Shown: one piece after another, positions 58,151 through 64,000 of the stretch
Position numbering within the stretch: the first letter of the stretch is position 1
How the letters are laid out: every line of letters begins with the position of its first letter
IMG/VR virus record: IMGVR_UViG_3300046170_000323
Length of the DNA stretch: 64,000 bases
Direction: 5' to 3' (one strand)
From: a virus
Lineage: Duplodnaviria; Caudoviricetes
Notes under the pieces: generated by a model
The model's input: only the letters and a program-made list of their open reading frames with translations
What the model was told of the DNA's origin: nothing
Databases searched by the model: none
Program-made: the position numbers and the translations under genes

Positions 58151-58758
58151 CAGATATAAAAAGCATTGTAGACAGAAGTCAGATATGTACTAGGAACTGG
58201 GATCACTCAAAGACGATTCCAGAAGAACATATTGATATCTTTTTACACGCATTGCAGAACTGTCCAAGTAAACAGAACTTCGCCTTCTATAAAATTCATC
58301 TGATTACAGATAAAGAGATGCAGGCGCAGATCTTAGAAGAGACAAGGATCTTCACATTACCAAATGGTGTGACTGTTACTAATAGTCAAAACATGGCAAA
58401 TATTCTTATTGTGTTTGAGAAACCAAACTACAGTGATACCATGTTGAAGAGGAATGAAAAGTATACTTGGTTCAACACCCAACCAGAGTGGGAACTCGAC
58501 AGAGATTCGTGGATGAACATTGGTGTTGCGGCTGGATACTTGAATTACATTGCACATTCCCTTGGTTATGAAACAGGGTATTGTGCAGGTCTGCATCAAG
58601 AGAATGTTAAAAATATAATTGGTTGTGAAAACAATATTGAACTCATGATGGGAATAGGTTTTAGGGATATGGAACTGGATCAAAGAGATCATCACTTTGG
58701 TGAAGGCAGGTTCCCCCACTACAGAAAAGAACCTATCATCGTAGAACGACATGAGTGA
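58147..58758 (+). CDS. Nitroreductase-fold protein (paralog)
   Basis: RSQICTRNWD, NCPSKQN, IGVAAGYL...AHSLGYETGYC. Confidence 0.85.
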   Translation: MTDIKSIVDRSQICTRNWDHSKTIPEEHIDIFLHALQNCPSKQNFAFYKIHLITDKEMQAQILEETRIFTLPNGVTVTNSQNMANILIVFEKPNYSDTMLKRNEKYTWFNTQPEWELDRDSWMNIGVAAGYLNYIAHSLGYETGYCAGLHQENVKNIIGCENNIELMMGIGFRDMELDQRDHHFGEGRFPHYRKEPIIVERHE

Positions 58759-59477
58759 TTATGTTCACGTTAGGGAAGGACACGATGTCTATCCGTTCTT
58801 CAAAGAACTTTTCCCTGACTATCAACCCACAGAAAAGGTTTTAGACTTTGGCGGTAATAGGGGAAATTTACTTTATCACTCTAGTGGTGGAATTACAGAC
58901 CATAATTATACATCTATTGACGTAAGTACTACGGCGCTCGAATTGGGCAAACAGGACTTTCCAAACGCAACATTTATTCATAACAATAAATGGAACTGGA
59001 TGTACAATCCAAAAGGTGTTGAGTTACCTCACTACTGGCCTCTACAGAAGAAGTTTCCAGAGGTTGATTATAAACAGGACTACATCTTTGCATACAGTGT
59101 ATTCACTCATACTGATCTAACTGAGTTTGTTGAGACTTTAGAGTGGTTAAATTGGTTTGATTTCAAAAAACTGGCAGTGAGTGTCTTAGACATCAACAGG
59201 GATGAGATCCACAAATTCTTTTACGATAAAAGGGATAGAGGATTACGGGCATTGTGTTGACCTATCAGAGATGAAAGGTAAAAACATTGCATACCTCTAC
59301 AACAACGAGACAATCTTATACGACAAGATTAGTGCATACAAATTAGATGTTCAACACTTCTTGTCACTATATAACATAGACTTTTTGGTGGAGACGTTGG
59401 GTGAGTATGGATTCAATGTTACAATCGAAAAGCCAGGCAAAGGAATCATTCCTTTTGTCTGCATGGAAAAAAAATAA
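58751..59477 (+). CDS. Class I SAM-dependent methyltransferase (indel near 59240)
   Basis: KVLDFGGNRG, SIDVS, DYIFAYSVFTH. Confidence 0.85.
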
Positions 59478-59497
59478 AAAAAGTTTAATTTAACGCT

Positions 59498-59525
59498 TGC
59501 CTTTTGAGGCAACAAGTGTTATATT
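59498..59525 (+). promoter_or_regulatory. Early-type promoter driving the ncRNA/tRNA block
   Basis: TTGCCT-N16-TATATT, followed by GGTAAG like the other early leaders. Confidence 0.7.
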
Positions 59526-59530
59526 AACAA

Positions 59531-59772
59531 GGTAAGACACAGTGAGTGGTTGTCGACTCCCCCATGCTGAAGTATGGAAAACGACTTTAAGAGATCTGTT
59601 GTCTGTGGTAGCCTGTGCCACGTTAGAAAATAAGACGGGCCGATATTAAAGCAGTACCAAGAGATAGTGAGTTGCTGAACAGAAGTTGACTGTAAAAGAT
59701 TGCAGAAGGTCAACTACTCAACTTGAGGGTCACTCTAATTTACTGCACGTTTGATCGTGGTGTTGATCAAAC
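59531..59772 (+). ncRNA. Unassigned multi-stem structured RNA upstream of tRNA-Gly
   Basis: No ORF; nested stems GCAGTA/TACTGC, AGTGA/TCACT, AGTTGAC/GTCAACT, GTGGTA/TGCCAC, TTTGATC/GATCAAA. Confidence 0.55.
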
Positions 59773-59776
59773 ACAT

Positions 59777-59850
59777 GCGGATGTCGTATAGTGGCATTAC
59801 CTCAGATTTCCAATCTGATGATGAGGGTTCGATTCCTTCCGTCCGCTCCA
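59777..59850 (+). tRNA. tRNA-Gly(TCC)
   Basis: Cloverleaf GCGGATG..., anticodon loop TTTCCAA, CCA end. Confidence 0.95.
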
Positions 59851-59862
59851 AATTTTTAGTTT

Positions 59863-60031
59863 TCACTCGACGGAGTGGGATCGTGGTGACTGAATAATGG
59901 GTGGACGTGCCCATAAAGTACTTCTGAAGATGGTTAGCGCCATGTCTTAGCGGATGCAAGAAGGTTCGAAAGCGAGTTTGACAGGAGCGTCCTGTGCGAG
60001 TAGATGTCGGTAATCCTTAATCCGGCCCACA
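59863..60031 (+). ncRNA. Structured RNA downstream of tRNA-Gly (possibly manA-motif-like)
   Basis: Closing GTGGG/CCCAC; hairpins CACTC/GAGTG, ATGGG/CCCAT, ACAGGA/TCCTGT; no RBS-supported ORF. Confidence 0.55.
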
Positions 60032-60051
60032 CCTTATACTATGGAGTTGTA

Positions 60052-60483
60052 ATGAAAGCATATATTACAGGAACTCGTAGGGGCCTTGGATATGAACTAT
60101 CCAAGGTTTTTGAAACCTGCGACTCTCTTGAAGAGTGTAATGTATTCATCAACTGCAAACATGATGGCGTAGAACAAGTCCGCCAACTCTACCAAGCGGT
60201 AGATCTAGGAGTGAATAAGATCATCAATATTGGGTCGAATTCACCAGACTGTTTTCATCCCGAACCAAAACCCTATGCAGTTATGAAGGCGGCACTTGAC
60301 CATGCCAACGATCAGTTGTTTCAATTAGGTCATGACACTACTATTATTCGTTATGGGTATTTTGACTCCGAAAGAACTGCCCACATAGATGCGCCCAAAA
60401 TGGAAATAGACTACGCAGTTTATATGGTGAAGTGGGTTTTACACCAACCTTACAGAGTAAAGGAAGTAACTGTATGCGTGTAG
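60052..60483 (+). CDS. Short SDR-like oxidoreductase
   Basis: ITGTRRGLG, IINIGS, YAVMKAAL (YxxxK). Confidence 0.8.
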   Translation: MKAYITGTRRGLGYELSKVFETCDSLEECNVFINCKHDGVEQVRQLYQAVDLGVNKIINIGSNSPDCFHPEPKPYAVMKAALDHANDQLFQLGHDTTIIRYGYFDSERTAHIDAPKMEIDYAVYMVKWVLHQPYRVKEVTVCV

Positions 60484-60942
60484 ATATTGAAAGAATTCTT
60501 TTTGAAATAGAAAGTCTCCCTAAGTTTAAAGAACAGATCATGTTGCAGAGTGTAGAACCTGGCGATGATCCTTTCTATGGAACAGGACGAGTGACTGAGA
60601 TCTCTCATAAAGAATACGAGTTCGTCCATCCTACCTTTGATCACATTCCATATCTAAATTCTATTATAGAAAAACTTGGTTTAAAAAGAACTCGTCTTAT
60701 GAACCTATCTCCAAGAACGTGTTACACGTATCATATGGATTATACGCCTAGAGTTCACATTCCCCTAATCACAAACGAACGCTTGTTTCCTAGTCCTCGA
60801 CGACGAAGTACAATACATGCCTGCAGATGGTACTGTGTATCTGGTCGACACTAGACTAAAACACACTGCCATCAATGCTTCTAAAGAGGATAGAATACAC
60901 CTTGTTGGTATCGTCCCTGCTGACTATGTTCTGCCTGAATAA
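60474..60942 (+). CDS. Asp/Asn beta-hydroxylase-like 2OG-Fe(II) oxygenase (indel near 60785)
   Basis: RTRLM, YHMD...RVHIPL; shifted frame ...KHTAINAS..DRIHLV. Confidence 0.8.
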
Positions 60943-60990
60943 ATAGATTTAACCCTTCTGGGTTTCTTTTATTATTAACAGGAGAATATA

Positions 60991-61167
60991 ATGACACTAC
61001 ATGAACAAATCGAACAGGCGTTCGCAGACTACGTGAAAGAGACTGAGTCTTTTGAAGAGAAGGGTGTGAAAGCATCCGCTGCACGTGCAAGGAAAGCACT
61101 ATCAGAAATCACAAAACTCGCAAAAGACAGGCGAGCGGAAATTCAGAACGCAAAGAATGCGGCATAA
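60991..61167 (+). CDS. Hc1 (histone H1-like) family small basic protein
   Basis: Manual translation ...EKGVKASAARARKALSEITKLAKDRRAEI...; RBS AGGAGA; late-type AATAAATA at 60938-60945. Confidence 0.7.
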   Translation: MTLHEQIEQAFADYVKETESFEEKGVKASAARARKALSEITKLAKDRRAEIQNAKNAA

Positions 61168-61193
61168 AAAAAGGGGATCTTAGGATCCCCTTT
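61166..61193. terminator. Bidirectional terminator between convergent genes
   Basis: A-run, GGGGATC-TTAG-GATCCCC, TTT. Confidence 0.8.
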
Positions 61194-61225
61194 CTCGTTT
61201 AGAGTACCGTTTCTACTCTTCTATA

Positions 61226-62198
61226 TTATAATCCGCTTGGAACAATAATATAATGTATCATCAGAACAAGTGCAACTGATGCACCAAGTCCTACCATCAT
61301 CTTACCAAAGTCTTTGGCAACCAATGGGAATACTGATTTAGTTTTCTTCTTACCGAAGTACGTTGCCATTGCAAGTTCACGCCCTGCAAGCAAACCAACG
61401 AACACCCATGTTGTACTCATAGGAATATCATTCAATTCCTTAAAGAAGTACAGACACAACCAATAGAACAAGTCAATCAGTGTTGCAGATCTCACGTAAC
61501 GAGTGTTGTGTTTCTCTAATACGATCTTCTGAATCTTACCACCCTTTTCTCTGAACATAAAGAACAGTCCAGCGACAAATACAAATGATATGAATATCAT
61601 CAGATCAACTGGTACTTGACGTGGTAAGAATACTGCAATGTTTGCCATGTCGTGTGACAACCATGTCCACCACAGACCACCTGTTGCAACCCACTGTGCG
61701 ATGCGCCAGAACTTCTTATTACTTTCGGTGACTGGTTGAGTCTCATCAAACCACTTACCTGTATACTTGTGTATTGCGAACCAGATTGCATATGCAAATG
61801 CGGCTGCAACACCATATCCCATGATAGACTTCATCAACATCTTCTCAAGAACAAATGTACTTGCAAAGACTGACAATACTAGGAATGAAGTTGATACTGG
61901 TACACCTATTCTCGTTAGTAATACGAGGATTGCAGGTGCGGCTGCATGATACCATTGAACCTCTTGCCAAGGTATTTTGTTTAGTCGTTCGTAACTGATG
62001 TCTCCACCATTTACACTCCACCCATACCACAGGGTTGCAAGTAACACTGCACTTGCGGCTGCCCATAGTGTTCTGTAGTGGAATCTCTCATTGTTTGATG
62101 CCATCCATGTGCCGAGAGTTTGCACTGAATCGTTTGCGATAACGGCATACGCCGCCAGTAGGAACCCAATGAGGGCTCCACATAGTAAGTAGTTCCAT
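61226..62198 (-). CDS. PiT/PHO4-like multi-TM transporter (indel near 62175)
   Basis: Reconstructed N-terminus AYAVIANDSVQTLG and repeat HDMANIAV; GVPVSTS and IPMSTTWVFVG repeats; about 9-10 TM segments. Confidence 0.65.
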
Positions 62199-62204
62199 TT
62201 CTTT

Positions 62205-62268
62205 CTCCTTATGCTTGCAGGCTTTACCCCTGCGCTCGCTTGGATGACAAGCGAAACGGACTTGTCGG
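62205..62268 (-). promoter_or_regulatory. Structured leader upstream of the transporter RBS
   Basis: Hairpins TCGCTTG/CAAGCGA and GCAGG/CCTGC; alternative GACAAG/CTTGTC; CTAAATA at 62272-62278. Confidence 0.5.
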
Positions 62269-62280
62269 GAATATTTAGGC

Positions 62281-62309
62281 TTGACTTATGAAATAACAGG
62301 GTGTATAAT
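62281..62309 (+). promoter_or_regulatory. Sigma70-type promoter
   Basis: TTGACT-N17-TATAAT. Confidence 0.8.
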
Positions 62310-62339
62310 TGTTCTACAAATGATCAATAGAATCAACAA

Positions 62340-62868
62340 ATGAGAGCAGAAATGAAAAAATTAGTTATGGCTGCAGTAGCGGCATCAATGATGTTATCTG
62401 GTGCAGTACCTGCATCTGAGTCTTCTACCGATGTAGATTGGGAAGAGATGAAATGTCTCGCATTGAACGTATACTATGAGACACGTTCAGATAGTCTCGC
62501 TGGTCAATACGCAGTGAGTGATGTTGTGTTGAATCGTGTGGCGAGTGATCGTTATCCAAACACTGTCTGTGAAGTTGTACACCAAGGAAAACAAAAACCC
62601 TCTTGGAAAGATCCAAGTAAAATGGTTATGGTTCGCAACATGTGTCAGTTCTCTTGGTACTGTGACGGTAAGGCAGACAAACCAACAGACGAACAATCTT
62701 GGTCAAGCGCCCCAAATGGTCGCCTTTTCTATTATGATATATGGGAAGTATAGAGGGTTGACCGAAGGTGCAACACATTATCATGCGAAGTATGTCACAC
62801 CTTCATGGTCTAAAGATTTATATCAGATAGGTCGTATTGGTCAACATATCTTCTATAGGTATTACTGA
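62340..62868 (+). CDS. SleB/Hydrolase_2 cell-wall hydrolase (indel near 62705)
   Basis: CLALNVYYETR, VVLNRV...YPNTVCEVVHQ, CQFSWYCDG, GATHYHA.YV.PSW, IGQHIFY. Confidence 0.92.
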
Positions 62869-63195
62869 TTACTTTTTACGGAGAGCGTCTGCTCCAAAGA
62901 ATGCAGCAACCAATGCAGAGATAGCAACAAAATATGTTGGAGCAATATCACCAACAATACCTGCGGCTGTCTCTAGTCCAAAGTACGCAGTAAGTACGAT
63001 GGCGAATGGATACAACAGCATTCCGAAAAGGGCGAACCAAGTCATATTACGCATTGCATCACGCTGTGCGTCTTGGTCTTCTAGCGCTTTTCTTTTAAAT
63101 TCTAGGTACATGGCTTTTTCTTCTTCGTCTACCGAACCATCACCGTTTACGTCTGCAGGGTGGTAACCTGCTTTCTTCATATCTTCTTCAGACAT
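62869..63195 (-). CDS. EF-hand-like plus two-TM small membrane protein (holin-like)
   Basis: DVNGDGSVDEEE; two hydrophobic helices; basic C-terminus. Confidence 0.6.
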   Translation of the reverse strand: MSEEDMKKAGYHPADVNGDGSVDEEEKAMYLEFKRKALEDQDAQRDAMRNMTWFALFGMLLYPFAIVLTAYFGLETAAGIVGDIAPTYFVAISALVAAFFGADALRKK

Positions 63196-63245
63196 AGGAA
63201 ACTCCTTGGATAATTAAAGATGCATGCCGAAGAATTCACTTACAT

Positions 63246-63257
63246 TATTTATAAATA
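63246..63257. promoter_or_regulatory. Palindromic bidirectional late promoter
   Basis: TATTTATAAATA contains TATAAATA on both strands. Confidence 0.6.
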
Positions 63258-63270
63258 GTCTTATTGGGTA

Positions 63271-63299
63271 TTGACAAGTATAAAAAAATGTCGTATAAT
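63271..63299 (+). promoter_or_regulatory. Sigma70-type promoter upstream of the tmRNA operon
   Basis: TTGACA-N17-TATAAT perfect consensus. Confidence 0.85.
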
Positions 63300-63330
63300 A
63301 ATGATGTAAAAACAAAATTGGAAATGAAAT

Positions 63331-63504
63331 ATGTGGTTGTTAACACTAATTGCACTCGAACCTGTGGATGGTCATGTTTTGAATCCACATAAGATTTTAG
63401 GTTTCAAAGATGAAGAATCTTGTAAGGCTGTTTCCTCTATGGATGCAGTCTATGTAGACGGTGTTTACTGGAAGGTAGACGCACCCTGTTTAGATGTTTC
63501 ATAG
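63331..63504 (+). CDS. 57-aa hypothetical protein
   Basis: Manual translation MWLLTLIALEPVDG...EESC...APCLDVS*. Confidence 0.55.
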   Translation: MWLLTLIALEPVDGHVLNPHKILGFKDEESCKAVSSMDAVYVDGVYWKVDAPCLDVS

Positions 63505-63516
63505 AAGGAAGATTAG

Positions 63517-63705
63517 ATGCAGAGAAATAGTAGACTACCAAGAAAACCTATGAACTCTGGTGATGAGTGGGATGTGTTAACTGACGCACGTGAGTTCTAC
63601 TGTTATACACAAAGATCTAAAGTTTGCAAAAAGATCAAGAAAGCGTATAACAAAAAAGAACGCAAATGGTTAAACAAAGAATTCTTAGTCGTGGACATGG
63701 ACTAA
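63517..63705 (+). CDS. Hypothetical protein
   Basis: SGDEWDVLT..R...KKIKKAYNKKER. Confidence 0.75.
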   Translation: MQRNSRLPRKPMNSGDEWDVLTDAREFYCYTQRSKVCKKIKKAYNKKERKWLNKEFLVVDMD

Positions 63706-63974
63706 GTAAAGATGTAATTGTTGAAGCAAAGCGAATACGAACTGGACTGGGGGGCAGTACCCCACAGCTCCACCACAAACACATTTACTGAGTGTGTTTT
63801 TGATGGGGGCTGAACTAGGATCGACAGGCGGGCTAGTTGAGTGGAGATTACCGTGGTGACCTACGTTATTCGGTCAAAAACTATAAGTGCAAATGATAAT
63901 TTCGCACCATCTGAGTTACGCCTAGCAGCGTAGCCGCAGGGGGTATGGGTTCCACCTAGCAACAGAAAGGGCCC
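63706..63974 (+). ncRNA. ssrA: Circularly permuted (two-piece) tmRNA
   Basis: Acceptor piece ...GGGGGCAGTACCCCACAGCTCCACCA (ends 63775); hairpin spacer; coding piece GGGGCTG (63806); tag frame 63889-63933 ANDNFAPSELRLAA*. Confidence 0.93.
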
Positions 63975-64000
63975 GTTTTACGTTTGGCATAAATATTTTG

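Noticed and set aside
57052-59477. RiPP cluster (47-aa precursor plus azole-oxidase-like nitroreductases and methyltransferase)
   Set aside because: The peptide lacks a Cys/Ser/Thr-rich core or leader motif, no YcaO cyclodehydratase is present, and it looks like an ordinary small T4-like phage protein.
560-62868. About 20 apparent frameshifts (gp8 ~768, gp7 ~5712, gp54 ~19088, tape measure ~20905/21120, gp45 ~26603, GT ~30241, DUF262 ~30423, gp47 ~39950-39980, ~41920, OMP, ~53238, ~54598, ~55245, ~59240, ~60785, ~62175, ~62705) as programmed frameshifting or pseudogenes
   Set aside because: Those inspected are mostly single extra bases in homopolymer runs. They hit essential genes such as gp45 and gp47 and lack slippery-site/pseudoknot context, which is the signature of long-read indel error. 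Read polishing would confirm.
241-63000. Numerous 60-175 aa ORFs antisense to or out of frame within conserved genes (e.g. 16184..16711, 19189..19713, 36517..36933)
   Set aside because: Shadow ORFs with no RBS or recognisable motifs, explained by the codon structure of the real genes.
1-64000. Alternative genetic code or stop-codon reassignment
   Set aside because: TAA, TAG and TGA all terminate well-conserved genes at expected lengths, and tRNA-Trp has the normal CCA anticodon.

Overview
A 64-kb segment of a large T4-like (Tevenvirinae/Kyanoviridae-style) marine myovirus genome. From left to right it holds: baseplate/tail genes (gp8, gp7, gp6, gp25, gp5, gp53, gp48, gp4, gp2, gp54, gp26, gp51); a small host-physiology block (DUF1127, phasin-like, Hsp20, RegA); the replication/recombination cluster (gp62/44/45, gp43, gp46/47, gp55, uvsW, uvsY), interleaved with sugar-nucleotide, sulfation and nuclease genes; a late-promoter tailoring-enzyme cluster; an early-promoter island of small ORFs; several peptidoglycan hydrolases; four tRNAs; two unexplained structured RNAs; and a circularly permuted, alphaproteobacterial-type tmRNA. 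The host is inferred to be an Alphaproteobacterium. About 20 genes are broken by single-base indels, mostly extra bases in homopolymer runs, which I treat as long-read errors and have rejoined. The strongest novel candidate is a 13-bp hairpin at 56826-56873, inside the lysin-tRNA transcript, whose loop is antisense to the conserved GTAAGTTG...GAAAGGA leader/RBS of the phage's own early genes. It may be a phage-encoded sRNA that shuts off early translation. Other highlights are the two-piece tmRNA, two tRNA-flanking ncRNAs, a switch-like leader on a PiT-like transporter, and a possible PAPS-sulfation/DNA-modification island. All family assignments come from motif recognition, not database searches.
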